From positions 6,112 to 70,111 of the forward strand of contig DBYY01000006.1 of the NCBI GenBank assembly GCA_002311025.1: a stretch of 64,000 nt of DNA, written 5' to 3'. The notes beneath the pieces are model-generated. The model ran no database searches. It saw only the letters and a program-made list of their open reading frames with translations, and was not told the origin of the DNA. Source of the DNA: Candidatus Proelusimicrobium tauri. Lineage in GTDB: Bacteria; Elusimicrobiota; Elusimicrobia; Elusimicrobiales; Elusimicrobiaceae. Below are positions 9,365-19,120 of this stretch, piece after piece; within the stretch, counting starts at the first letter, position 1, and every line of letters starts with the position of its first letter. The position numbers and the translations under genes are program-made.

Positions 9365-9701
9365 AAACGGCACCGTAATTTTCTTTTTCGTTCAGTTCTA
9401 TGCGGCAAATTTGCGGGAAAGTTTTTTTTATTTCTTCAAATAAATAAATTGCTAAAACCTCTGTCGTAGCGGGGGGGATAATTTTATTTAAAACTTTATT
9501 TTCAAGTTTTGTGTTTATTTCTTTTAGAAGGTTTTCAACTTCTCTGAAATCCACTAAAAAACCTTCCTTGTTTAGAGGTCCTTTTAGAAAAATTTTATAT
9601 TTAAAATCGTGGGAGTGTTTTTCCTCGTTTAAAGCACCGTCGTGGTAGTGGTAAGCCGTAAATCCCGAAGATACCCAAATAGTTGCCGTTTTATTTTCCA
9701 T
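9354..9701 (-). CDS. PTPS/QueD-fold paralog lacking the catalytic Cys (PTPS-III-like, putative FolB substitute)
   Basis: T-fold pattern with His ligands (YHYH…EEKHSHDF). There is no Cys before HxH. It is embedded between folP and folK with overlapping stop/start codons. Confidence 0.6.
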   Translation of the reverse strand: MENKTATIWVSSGFTAYHYHDGALNEEKHSHDFKYKIFLKGPLNKEGFLVDFREVENLLKEINTKLENKVLNKIIPPATTEVLAIYLFEEIKKTFPQICRIELNEKENYGAVYEE

Positions 9702-10449
9702 TTTCCAAAACCTTCAAAAAATCTGCCGTTTCTTTAACATCATGAACCCTTAAAAAATCTACTTTTGCCTTCCAAGCAAGTTGGGCGGCCTCCAAAGAGC
9801 GTTCAAGGGTATAATCTGTAAAACTCTTTCTGCTTGCACCGATGAGAAGCGGCAAATCAAGCGCTTTAAAATAATCTAAATTTTCCAAAAGTTGCCAATT
9901 TTGCTCGCGCGTTTTGGCAAAGCCCAGTCCTATATCTAAAATAATATTGGTTTTTGGCAAATTCTGTTCGGCGGCAATTTTAATTTTCTCTCTGAAAAAT
10001 TCAAAAATATCATTTAAAAGATTTTCATAAGTGCAATTTTCCTGCATATTTTGCGGTGTGCCGCGTGTGTGCATTAGTACAAGTTTTATATTATAAGCGG
10101 CGGCAAGGCCTGCGAGTTTAGGGTCGGCAAGACCGCTTACATCGTTAATAATTTGAACTCCTTCGTCTGCGGCGGCAAGGGCAGTATCAAAATTAGTTGT
10201 GTCTATGGAAAAAATTGCCTGTGGAAAATTATTTTTTAATTCTCTTATAACGGGTATGGTGCGTTTAAATTCTTCTTCTACGGGGACATTATTTGCACCC
10301 GGTCTTGAAGATTCCCCGCCTATATCAATAATACTTGCACCCTGCTCTAAAATATCTTGTGCTCTTTTTATGGCATTTGACAAAGTTGTATATTTACCAC
10401 CGTCGTAAAAAGAATCGGGCGTAGTATTTAAAATACCCATTAACTGCAT
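9691..10449 (-). CDS. folP: Dihydropteroate synthase
   Basis: MGILNTTPDSFYDGG…IIDIGGESSRPG…SRKSF. Confidence 0.9.
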   Translation of the reverse strand: MQLMGILNTTPDSFYDGGKYTTLSNAIKRAQDILEQGASIIDIGGESSRPGANNVPVEEEFKRTIPVIRELKNNFPQAIFSIDTTNFDTALAAADEGVQIINDVSGLADPKLAGLAAAYNIKLVLMHTRGTPQNMQENCTYENLLNDIFEFFREKIKIAAEQNLPKTNIILDIGLGFAKTREQNWQLLENLDYFKALDLPLLIGASRKSFTDYTLERSLEAAQLAWKAKVDFLRVHDVKETADFLKVLENGK

Positions 10450-10461
10450 AAAAATAACTCC

Positions 10462-11016
10462 TTATATTTTTTGAACAAATTGCAAAAATTCTTGGCGCAC
10501 TTCGGGTTTTTCAAAGACACCTCTTAAAGCGCTTGTAATCATTTGGGCTTGGTGTTTTTCAACGCCGCGCGAACAAATACACATGTGTTGTGCGCGGCAA
10601 ACCACCATAACGCCCAGCGGCTTTAAATTTTCCATTAAACTATCGGCAATTTGTGCAACGAGATTTTCCTGTATTTGCAGACGGCGGGAATAAATTTCCA
10701 CAAGGCGTGCAAGTTTGGAAATGCCGATAACTTTTTTGTTTGGCAAATAACCGATACTTATTGTACCGAAAAACGGCAAAAAGTGATGTTCACAGACGCT
10801 GTAAAACTCAATATCCTTTAAAATTACCATTTCCTTACAGGAACCTTCGGTAAAAGTTTTTAAAACGCTTGAAGGGTCTTTTTTATAACCGCTAAAAAGT
10901 TTTTCCCAACTTTTAACAATTCTTTTTGGGGTTTCTTTAAGGCCCTCTCTGTTTGGATTTTCGCCGATATAAGAAAGTAAATCGCGCCAATGGCTAAGGG
11001 CTTTTTCCTGTGTCAT
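10462..11016 (-). CDS. folE: GTP cyclohydrolase I
   Basis: …FYSVCEHHFLPFFG…QERLT-like IQENL. The preferred start is ATG 11016, which forms an ATGA overlap with the queE stop. The longer ORF to 11088 adds a K-rich extension. Confidence 0.85.
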   Translation of the reverse strand: MTQEKALSHWRDLLSYIGENPNREGLKETPKRIVKSWEKLFSGYKKDPSSVLKTFTEGSCKEMVILKDIEFYSVCEHHFLPFFGTISIGYLPNKKVIGISKLARLVEIYSRRLQIQENLVAQIADSLMENLKPLGVMVVCRAQHMCICSRGVEKHQAQMITSALRGVFEKPEVRQEFLQFVQKI

Positions 11017-11594
11017 TTTATTTTTATTAGTTTGTGCATTTGCACGCTTAGGCGCATTTTTGGATATTTTTTTACTATTTGAACGCATTTTTCGGTATTC
11101 TCCTTTTTGGCTGAATTTGGTTGTAAATATAAGTTATATTTTTTATATTTTAAAATCTCTTTTAAGGGCGTTTTGCCGTCAATAACAAGTTTAATAATAT
11201 CGGCTTTTTTAAGCATTTGTTTTGCCACATGTTTTTTTGGTGAAACGGCAATAAAATCAAAATATTTCGTGTCAATATCAACGGAACCATTTGTTTCCAA
11301 ATGAACTTGATATTTTTTTACTTTTAAGAGTTTTGCAAGCGGGATAATGTTTTGCTCGCAAGGCTCTCCGCCGGTTAAAATAACAAGTTTGGCGGGATAT
11401 TTTTTTATTTCTTTTAAAATCTCTTTTTCCGTCATTAAGAAATTAACTTTTTGGGCGTATTTTGTATCACACCAAGCGCAACCCATTGTGCAAGTTGCCA
11501 GGCGCACAAAAACAGCCGCACACCCGCTAAAAGGGCCTTCGCCCTGAAGGGAATAAAAAATCTCATTTACTTTTAATTGCTGCAGCATCTTCAT
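11013..11594 (-). CDS. queE: 7-carboxy-7-deazaguanine synthase (radical SAM)
   Basis: EIFYSLQGEGPFSGCAAVFVRLATCTMGCAWCDTKY. The TTG at 11609 is an alternative start. Confidence 0.85.
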   Translation of the reverse strand: MKMLQQLKVNEIFYSLQGEGPFSGCAAVFVRLATCTMGCAWCDTKYAQKVNFLMTEKEILKEIKKYPAKLVILTGGEPCEQNIIPLAKLLKVKKYQVHLETNGSVDIDTKYFDFIAVSPKKHVAKQMLKKADIIKLVIDGKTPLKEILKYKKYNLYLQPNSAKKENTEKCVQIVKKYPKMRLSVQMHKLIKIK

Positions 11595-11907
11595 TTTCCC
11601 AAACTTCAAGGGTTTTTAAAGTTAAATTCTTTTCCTTAAGTAAAGCGGAAATTTTGTCAAATAAATAGGCACAAATGTTTTCTGCCGTCGGGTTTTCAAT
11701 AAAGTCATTTAAGTATTTATGGTCCGGCAGAGCATTTTTTAAAAGGGGTTTTAAGAGTTTAAAATCATAAATCATTCCGCTTTTTTGAACAGGACCTTGG
11801 ACTTCAAAAACGACTTTCCAAGTATGTCCATGTAAATTTGAGCAATCTCCGTCATAAGCGGGCAAACGATGCGCGGCGGAAAATTTAGATTTTATTCTTA
11901 AAAACAT
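11563..11907 (-). CDS. queD: 6-carboxy-5,6,7,8-tetrahydropterin synthase
   Basis: FSAAHRL…CSNLHGHTW, i.e. Cys plus the HGH zinc motif. It is adjacent to queE. Confidence 0.85.
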   Translation of the reverse strand: MFLRIKSKFSAAHRLPAYDGDCSNLHGHTWKVVFEVQGPVQKSGMIYDFKLLKPLLKNALPDHKYLNDFIENPTAENICAYLFDKISALLKEKNLTLKTLEVWENEDAAAIKSK

Positions 11908-11909
11908 AT

Positions 11910-12770
11910 TTAATCCTCATCATCCTCTTCTGTTTTTTCTTCAATTTCTTTTTTCTTTTCAGTTCTGCTCTTTTTTGTATCGAGCAGTTTTATTTTTGTA
12001 AATATAAGGTTAGAATAAGTCATAAAAATAACAAAGCAAATAAGCCAAATAAGAGGGATGTTCAACGGTATCATTATAACTATAAATATAAAGAGCAAAG
12101 CGGGTGCTATCATATAGCAACAAATGCGCACAATATCCCAGAAGGAAGATTCCGTCCTTATAAACATTTGTGAAATTGCCGCCGCGGCAAAAGCCAAAAC
12201 AAACAAAACAATACTAAAGAAAATAATAACAAACGGCATAGAAAATAAGAATCCCCAGAATAAAAAGGTTTTAATAGTTTCTATCATATCAGCCTTATTT
12301 TCTAAAATATATTCCTTGGTTATTGTCTGATTAATTTTGTTATTTACGGGGACAGTTTTTACATTTCCGCCGCCGGAAAAAATATGTATTTTTTCCCCTG
12401 TAACGAATATGGCGGTATTATTTTTTTCCATTTGCGTAGGGTAAACAGGTTCCGTGCGGTTTGTTTCAAAAACCACTTTTGGCATTTCGGGGTCCAGTTG
12501 AACCTCAATATATTCGCCGTCATTTGCTTTTATTGTGCCGTCTTTTATTTCAATAACAGGGGTAACTTCGGCAATTTGGGTAATAGTTTCATCTAACAAA
12601 GGGTCTAAAGAAGGTGTCCTTACAAGTATACCTACAAAGAACACGATACTTGTAAAAACGATTAAGTAAATCAAAAAAAGTAAAATTCTGCCGAAAGATT
12701 GCTTCGTTGCCTTGATATAAGTATCAAGGTTATAAATTGCCTTAATAGGCGAAAGTAAAAAATCTGTCAT
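11910..12770 (-). CDS. Polytopic membrane protein (DUF1189-like), acidic C-tail
   Basis: The N-terminal pattern is YIKATKQSFGRILLFLIYL…, with about 5 TM helices and the tail EEKTEEDDED. The family call is tentative. Confidence 0.5.
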   Translation of the reverse strand: MTDFLLSPIKAIYNLDTYIKATKQSFGRILLFLIYLIVFTSIVFFVGILVRTPSLDPLLDETITQIAEVTPVIEIKDGTIKANDGEYIEVQLDPEMPKVVFETNRTEPVYPTQMEKNNTAIFVTGEKIHIFSGGGNVKTVPVNNKINQTITKEYILENKADMIETIKTFLFWGFLFSMPFVIIFFSIVLFVLAFAAAAISQMFIRTESSFWDIVRICCYMIAPALLFIFIVIMIPLNIPLIWLICFVIFMTYSNLIFTKIKLLDTKKSRTEKKKEIEEKTEEDDED

Positions 12771-12863
12771 TTAAGAGCCTCCTCTTACTTGTCTATACTT
12801 CTAGTATAGCAAAAAAAGACGATAAAAAAAGCGCTGCCAAGCAACGCTGATGATATTTCAAAA

Positions 12864-12940
12864 TGGTGTCACCGGGTGGGCTCGAACCACCGACCTAGCG
12901 CTTATGAAACGCTCGCTCTAACCAGCTGAGCTACGGTGAC
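12864..12940 (-). tRNA. tRNA with anticodon CAT (elongator Met or lysidine-Ile)
   Basis: The reverse complement is GTCACCGTAGCTCAGCTGGTTAGAGCG…TTCATAA…GGTTCGAGCCCACCCGGTGACACCA. CCA is encoded. A hairpin plus T-run follows at about 12830-12860. Confidence 0.85.
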
Positions 12941-13249
12941 ATTAAATTTACTACCTTTATATTATATCAAATCCTTTTCCTTCTTGGCAAGCGAAAAAAA
13001 GGAATCTGTTTTTGTAAAATAAAAATATAGCAGAAAAGCAACCGGGGTTTTCTTTTGTTATGGAAGTTTCAAGGCGGTAATAATCCCAACCTTCGAAAGC
13101 AAGTTGTTTAGATATTTTTTTATTTGTATAACAATATCAGTTTAATTGGAAAATACTTTTATGTTATAACAAAATATTTATCAAAGCATTTCGTATTTAA
13201 AAAACAATTTGATATACTTTATATGAAAATCAAAAATAAAGGAGTTTTT

Positions 13250-15250
13250 ATGCAAGACTTTTCTCAAGTTCCCCAAGAACAACCTAAAAAAAAGAAATCA
13301 GGTTTTAAAATAGTTTTTTATTTTATTTTGTTAATTATAATAGGTGTTCTTTATATTAATTTATGGGAAGAATATTCCTTCGTGTTTAAAAAAAGAACCG
13401 TCACCCAAGAAGAAAGAGATATGTATAAAAAGGCCTATGATTTATTCCAAAACAAAGATTATTCCACCGCAAAACAACAATGCCAACAGTTAATTTCAAA
13501 GTTCCCCAGAAACGCTAATTGTTATGATATTTTATCTATAATAGAGTTTTTGGATAAAAATTATAAACTGGCGGAAGTTTACGCCGGTAAAGCAATAAAA
13601 AACACAAGTATTCCTTCTTATTACTATTTTTATCATAGAGGGCAGGCAAGGGAAAAACTAGGTAAAGATTATGCAGCCGCAAAAGATTTTAAAAAAGCAG
13701 GTAAAATTACCCCGTCTTTAAATGATGGCTTTTTGCGCGCAGGACATATTTATAAAGAAGATACCCACGACCTTTTTGACGCCATAAAATGTTATAAAAA
13801 ACATTTGGAGTATCACCCCGATAGTAATGCCGCCGTTTACAATGCGGCCTATATTTATAAAAATGACCTTTTCAGCATTAAAAAAGCCCTGGATTTATTA
13901 AGTAATTTTATTGCCAAAAATAAAAAAGTCGAAGATTATGTATATGAATTAAGAGGCGATATTTATAGAGAAGAGAAGGAATATCAAAAGGCCATAGCCG
14001 ACTATACAAAAGCCATAGAACTTAACCCCAAAAACGGTAGCTATTATAATGAACTTGCTTGGTGCTACCGAGATAGCAACCAACCTCAAAAAGCCATTGA
14101 ATCCTTTAACAAAGCCGAAGAGGTTGAACCGGGCTTCGGTTATGCTTACAGTAATCTAGGCGATTTATATCAAAGATTAAAACAGCCTGAAAATGCCGTT
14201 GCGGCTTATCAAAAAGCGCTTGAAATTAGACCGGATAATTATGATGTTTACGGCTTTAGGTATCCTTCTTATATGGAACTAAACAATTTTGTCCAAGCCA
14301 AAGCCGATATTGAAGAATACTCCAAACACCGCAAATTATCTTCTTTAGATGTTTATAATTTAGGCGTGTGTTATTATTTTATGAAAGATTTTACTTCCGC
14401 AAAGAGGGAATATGTTAAAGCCATTGACCTAGATAATAATAATTCTTGGGCGCACCTTGAAAGCGGTATAATGAGTTTGTTTTTTTGCGATATTAACGAA
14501 GCCTCTAAAGAAATTATAACCTTTTTTGAGTTAGGGGAAAAAGATTCCGACAAACTAAATATGGCTCCCTTTTTTGCCAGAGGTTATGAAGAAGTTCATT
14601 TTAAAATAAACGGCACAAAAGAGCAGTTTGAAGATGCCAACTTTTGGTATTATGACGATTATAACGATACGGATAAAACAATTAAACATTTGGAAAAAAT
14701 GATAGAAAGGCATCCTGCCGATCCTTATTATTATTTTATGCTCGGTATTACTCAAGACAGAGCCGGCATCAGTTCAAAAGAAACTTATGCCAAAGCAGAA
14801 GAAATTGACGCGGAAGCCTTAAAAGATATAAGAAAGAACTATCTTACATCTATTTTTAATCGCTCCAGTATAGGAAAAGAAAAATTACATAAATTACAGC
14901 AAAAATATCCGGATAATACAATTTGGTATTTCTTTGAACTAGATTCAACTGCAGACTTAACACAAGCAGTCGAAATCGCAAAACAAATTTTAAAAATAAA
15001 TCCTTTTATGCTGGGGACTTATTCTAAATTATCCCGCAAGTATTATATAGCCGGTCAATATGATAAGGCTTTATCTTTAATAACTCAGGCAATAGACCTC
15101 AATCCCGATTTTTCTTCTGCCTATTTACAGCGTGCCTTGATTAATGCCAGATTGGGTAATCAAGCAGCCTCAAAAGAGGATTATATTCAATTCAGAACAT
15201 TAAGAAATAAAATTCTTTACGACGGGAAACTTCCTGTTATAACAAATTAA
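13250..15250 (+). CDS. TPR-repeat protein with N-terminal membrane anchor
   Basis: aaaggag RBS before ATG 13250. It has a TM helix (FKIVFYFILLIIIGVLYI) and many 34-aa TPR units (…AIADYTKAIELNPKNGSYY…). Confidence 0.8.
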   Translation: MQDFSQVPQEQPKKKKSGFKIVFYFILLIIIGVLYINLWEEYSFVFKKRTVTQEERDMYKKAYDLFQNKDYSTAKQQCQQLISKFPRNANCYDILSIIEFLDKNYKLAEVYAGKAIKNTSIPSYYYFYHRGQAREKLGKDYAAAKDFKKAGKITPSLNDGFLRAGHIYKEDTHDLFDAIKCYKKHLEYHPDSNAAVYNAAYIYKNDLFSIKKALDLLSNFIAKNKKVEDYVYELRGDIYREEKEYQKAIADYTKAIELNPKNGSYYNELAWCYRDSNQPQKAIESFNKAEEVEPGFGYAYSNLGDLYQRLKQPENAVAAYQKALEIRPDNYDVYGFRYPSYMELNNFVQAKADIEEYSKHRKLSSLDVYNLGVCYYFMKDFTSAKREYVKAIDLDNNNSWAHLESGIMSLFFCDINEASKEIITFFELGEKDSDKLNMAPFFARGYEEVHFKINGTKEQFEDANFWYYDDYNDTDKTIKHLEKMIERHPADPYYYFMLGITQDRAGISSKETYAKAEEIDAEALKDIRKNYLTSIFNRSSIGKEKLHKLQQKYPDNTIWYFFELDSTADLTQAVEIAKQILKINPFMLGTYSKLSRKYYIAGQYDKALSLITQAIDLNPDFSSAYLQRALINARLGNQAASKEDYIQFRTLRNKILYDGKLPVITN

Positions 15251-15346
15251 ATATCTTCTTATCCTTTTATATATGCAATAAAAGTTGCGTGCCAAACGTT
15301 ATATTAGTGTAAGGCTAATATAAGGCCTGCTGTATAGGAGGATAAA

Positions 15347-15607
15347 ATGAAAACGAAACTCAAACATTTCTATATATTGCTAGGTTTGGTAGGTGCCTTC
15401 TGGTTTACAGGTTGTTGCACTTATCCCGGTGGTATGGTGGCTGTCTACGGCAGACCTTCAAGACCACCCGTCCGCCATCATCATCATCGCCATTATAAAC
15501 CGGTGCCGGTGGTTGTTCATCATCGTGCGCCCGCTCCGCATCATCACCGATACGCCTCTTTACCGCCAAGTTTTAGAGTCAGCCCAGGAGGTGGGCATCA
15601 CAGGTAG
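15347..15607 (+). CDS. Small His/Pro-rich lipoprotein
   Basis: Strong aggagg RBS and lipobox WFTGC. The mature part is RHHHHRHYKPVPVVVHHRAPAPHHHRY…GGGHHR. Confidence 0.65.
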   Translation: MKTKLKHFYILLGLVGAFWFTGCCTYPGGMVAVYGRPSRPPVRHHHHRHYKPVPVVVHHRAPAPHHHRYASLPPSFRVSPGGGHHR

Positions 15608-15617
15608 TGTCTCCAAG

Positions 15618-15652
15618 AAAAACCACGAGTTTTTGAAAACTCGTGGTTTTTT
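15618..15652. terminator. Bidirectional terminator
   Basis: The hairpin aaaaccacgagtt / aactcgtggtttt lies between convergent genes. Confidence 0.8.
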
Positions 15653-15660
15653 GTATCAAA

Positions 15661-17022
15661 TTAAACTATATTTTGTTTTTTCCAGCGTCCGCTCATATAG
15701 AAAACAAGTCCGATAAACAGCGGAGTAAAACCTGCCAAAGCGTCGCCCAGCCAAAAACCGAAATAGCCCATTTTCATACTTAAACCGAAAAGGAAAGATA
15801 AACCGATTCTTAAAATAATACCGTCGAGCAAAGCGGTTACAAAATTTACGCCGTAATTACCACTGCCGTTGATAAAAGCGTTCATACCGCTGCGCGCGGC
15901 ACTACCCCAGAAAATTAATATTGCAATAGGAATAAATGTCATACCAACGGTAATAACTTCTGGGTCGCTTGTGAAGCATTTATAAATATCCTTCGGAAAC
16001 AATATCATCAATATGGAAAATACAACCGCTATGCCCGAGGTTATTTTGAAAATAGCAAGCATAATTTCCTTTACTCTTGAATATTTTTTTGCACCGAGAT
16101 TTTGCCCCACCATAGAAGCACCCGCCGTATTAAAAGCATTGGAAATTAAATTTGTCGTGCTGTTAATTTTATTTGCAACACCGGAAAATGCGGAAACCGC
16201 CACACCGTAGGAATTTATCCACGAGTTCACACACAATTTAGATAAGTGTATAGAAGCGTTTTTTATAGCCATCGGTACACCCAGTTTAATTAATTGCGTA
16301 AGCATTTTTAAATCCCATTTAATGAAATGCAACCAAGAAAAGCGCAAACTATAACGTCTGCGGTAATTATAAATATAAATTATGCAAAATAAGAAGGAAA
16401 CCCCTTGACTTATAATCGTTGCCAAAGCCGCCCCTGCAGCACCTTTTTTCAAGCCAAGCACCAAAATCAAATCTAACAAGATATTAAGACTTGCCGAAAT
16501 AGCAACAAAAATAAAAGGACGCATAGAATCGCCCATACCGCGTAAAACTGCGCTTGCCGTGTTATAGCCGTAAATAAAAATAAGACCTATAATTGAAATT
16601 GTGCAGTAATCCAGTGCTTGGCTAAAGGCTTCTTGGGGTGTATTCATCAGATGTAAGAAAGGAACTCTCAGACAAAAGCATAAAATACCTATTATTATTG
16701 AAGAAACAAAAAGGAAACTAAACATTGTAGCAACAAAACGGCTTAATTTGTTTTGCTTTTTTGCGCCCAGATATTGGGAAATCAGCACTTGCCCGGCATT
16801 AGAAAACCCCATAGCAATAAAAGTTAAAAAGTGGGTAATATCTCCGCCGATAGATACTGCCGAAAGCCCTACTTTGCCCATACTTTGTCCGACGATAATC
16901 ATATCTGCTATATTATAAATAATCTGCAGTAAATTTGAGAAAAATAAAGGCGTAGCAAACACAATAAGTTGCTTAAAAATCTTTCCGTCGGTAAAATCGG
17001 CAGTATATTTTTTTATTGTCAT
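15661..17022 (-). CDS. MATE family efflux transporter
   Basis: 12-TM profile and the N-terminal signature FKQLIVFATPLFFSNLLQIIYNIADMIIVGQ. Confidence 0.85.
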   Translation of the reverse strand: MTIKKYTADFTDGKIFKQLIVFATPLFFSNLLQIIYNIADMIIVGQSMGKVGLSAVSIGGDITHFLTFIAMGFSNAGQVLISQYLGAKKQNKLSRFVATMFSFLFVSSIIIGILCFCLRVPFLHLMNTPQEAFSQALDYCTISIIGLIFIYGYNTASAVLRGMGDSMRPFIFVAISASLNILLDLILVLGLKKGAAGAALATIISQGVSFLFCIIYIYNYRRRYSLRFSWLHFIKWDLKMLTQLIKLGVPMAIKNASIHLSKLCVNSWINSYGVAVSAFSGVANKINSTTNLISNAFNTAGASMVGQNLGAKKYSRVKEIMLAIFKITSGIAVVFSILMILFPKDIYKCFTSDPEVITVGMTFIPIAILIFWGSAARSGMNAFINGSGNYGVNFVTALLDGIILRIGLSFLFGLSMKMGYFGFWLGDALAGFTPLFIGLVFYMSGRWKKQNIV

Positions 17023-17060
17023 ATTTAAAACATCTTTATTTTAGGGGGAAAATCTTTTTA

Positions 17061-17720
17061 TTAAAAACGCTTGCTTATATGTAACTGAAAAGTCATATAT
17101 TCGTATCTTCTGTTGCCGTCACCACAGATGGGAGAGGGAGCATCTTTAACAATTTTTTCGGTATCATACCAAAAGGTATTATAACGTGTTTCAAGTCCCC
17201 AACTCCAACCATTATGACCGACATCAAATTCAAGGCCCGCACCGATAAATAAGCCAAGCGAAGTATCCGTTTTTTTCTTGCTATATTCAGTACCATAATA
17301 ATTTATATATAAATTTTGTCTTGCAAGGGTAAGGCCCAAACCGAAGGGTATATAAAGGCGAAAACGCTTATCCGGATTAACAGTAAAACGCGAAGCCAAC
17401 ATAGCATTAAAAAGGTGGGTAGTATCGTCAACTTTATTTGTAGCGCTCCAAGTAAAATCGCCACCATCAAAATCTCCGTAGGAAATATCGGCACCAAGTC
17501 CAAAATGTCTTGATACCAGATAGTAATAGGAAGCACCTATTTCCACGCCTAAAGTTCCCCAGTCGACTCTTCCACCATAGTTTGAATAAGTAATACCGGA
17601 ATTTACCAATTGAAATCCCAAATCGCCCTTTATATCAAGAATATGTTGACCTTTTTCTAGTTGTGCAAAAGCAGGCAAACTAAGAAATAAAACAGTTAAA
17701 AAAAACAATAATTTTTTCAT
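17061..17720 (-). CDS. Outer-membrane beta-barrel protein (OmpA/OmpW-like barrel)
   Basis: Signal peptide ending AFA|QLE, aromatic-rich strands, and a C-terminal …HISKRF. Confidence 0.7.
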   Translation of the reverse strand: MKKLLFFLTVLFLSLPAFAQLEKGQHILDIKGDLGFQLVNSGITYSNYGGRVDWGTLGVEIGASYYYLVSRHFGLGADISYGDFDGGDFTWSATNKVDDTTHLFNAMLASRFTVNPDKRFRLYIPFGLGLTLARQNLYINYYGTEYSKKKTDTSLGLFIGAGLEFDVGHNGWSWGLETRYNTFWYDTEKIVKDAPSPICGDGNRRYEYMTFQLHISKRF

Positions 17721-17848
17721 AAAAACTCCTTAATATAAAAACCGCCCTTATTTTAACTTATTTGTTTTTCAATTATTTTGTATACTTCACATCCGCATAA
17801 ATCATAGATTCGTTTTAGCCTATTCCCTAAATACTTTCCATAATTTCA

Positions 17849-18817
17849 TTAAGCGGCCCCTTTTTTAAGCAAGTCGTGAATATGGATAATACCTATGGGT
17901 TTTTTGTTTTTTACGATGAATAAAGAAGTAATTTTTTTCTCATTCATCATACGCAAAGCGGCAGAACATAACATATCTGCGGCAATTTGTTGCGGTTTGG
18001 GATGCATCAAATCTTTACCGGTTTTATTAAATAAATCAGAGGATATCTTTCTGCGCAAATCACCGTCTGTAAAGATACCGCTTAATTTGCCCTTTTTATC
18101 AACAAAGCCGACACAGCCTAGACGTTTATCGCTCATCGTTACAATAATGTTTTTGAAAGAGGAGTCTTCCGGTAAAATTGGCATTTCATCGCCTTGGTGC
18201 ATAATTTCTCCTACGGTTTGCAAGACACTACCGAGTTTTCCGCCGGGGTGACGAACGGCAAAATCCGTAGTTGTAAATTGTTTACGAGCCATTAAACATA
18301 CCGTTAAGACATCTCCTAACACCAATGTCGCCGTAGTAGAACAGGTGGGTGCTAAACCTAAAGTATCTGCTTCTGGGGTGCTGGGTAGTTGTAAAACATA
18401 ATCAACACATTTACCTAAGGTGCTTTTGGGGTTTTTAGTAATACCTACCATAGGTATTCCAAAACGTTTACAATAATTGATAATATCTACCAGTTCCTTA
18501 GATTCGCCACTGTTTGAAATAGCGATTACGACATCATCAGCGGTAATCATACCTAAATCGCCATGGCTGGCTTCTGCTGGATGCACAAAATAGGAAGGCG
18601 TTCCTGTGGAAGCAAGAGATGCTACAATTTTTTGTGCTATTATACCACTTTTACCCATACCGGTAAGAATAACACGTCCTTTTGTCTGTTGCATTAAATC
18701 TAATACCGAAGAAAGAGAATCTTTACAGCAAGATTCTTCCAATCTTTTTAGACATTCAATTTCCCGCAAAATGAGTTTTTTCATTTCTTTAAAATCTTGT
18801 TTAACTATTGTTTTCAT
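17849..18817 (-). CDS. kdsD: Arabinose-5-phosphate isomerase (SIS + tandem CBS)
   Basis: GRVILTGMGKSG, SNSGES, and C-terminal CBS pairs. Confidence 0.85.
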   Translation of the reverse strand: MKTIVKQDFKEMKKLILREIECLKRLEESCCKDSLSSVLDLMQQTKGRVILTGMGKSGIIAQKIVASLASTGTPSYFVHPAEASHGDLGMITADDVVIAISNSGESKELVDIINYCKRFGIPMVGITKNPKSTLGKCVDYVLQLPSTPEADTLGLAPTCSTTATLVLGDVLTVCLMARKQFTTTDFAVRHPGGKLGSVLQTVGEIMHQGDEMPILPEDSSFKNIIVTMSDKRLGCVGFVDKKGKLSGIFTDGDLRRKISSDLFNKTGKDLMHPKPQQIAADMLCSAALRMMNEKKITSLFIVKNKKPIGIIHIHDLLKKGAA

Positions 18818-19120
18818 TGTGTTACCTTCTTAGTTTAATATTTTAATTTTAAAACATAAAATTTTTATTACAGTAAAGAAATATTTTTTCTTTAAAAATA
18901 TCGTAGATGTCTATTTATAACGGAGGAAATATAAAAGCCAATTAGCGCCCTATAATTCTTCCTCATTAAACAAAGATTGTAGAATCAATTAAATTATATC
19001 AAAATATAACAATACATTTAAGTAAGTTTTTTTAAAAATACGGCTAATTGCAGGTATAAGCAGCAAATAACAAGATAAGGCGAATTCTTATTCTTTTAAA
19101 ACTTATATTTATGCTCTGTT

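Noticed and set aside
11908-12863. Looked for a preQ1 or THF riboswitch in front of the que/fol operon.
   Set aside because: queD starts 2 nt after the upstream membrane-protein gene. The leader upstream of 12770 shows only a promoter-like TGcTATACT and the tRNA-Met terminator, with no preQ1-like or THF-like conserved core.
13124-13249. Extended N-terminus (42 aa) of the TPR protein from ATG 13124.
   Set aside because: The extension is AT-rich and low-complexity with no RBS. ATG 13250 has an aaaggag RBS and is followed by a typical basic n-region plus TM anchor.
15393-15716. 107-aa alternative-frame ORF overlapping the His-rich lipoprotein gene and running through the terminator.
   Set aside because: It has no RBS and crosses a strong bidirectional terminator hairpin. 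The 15347 frame has a consensus RBS and a lipobox.
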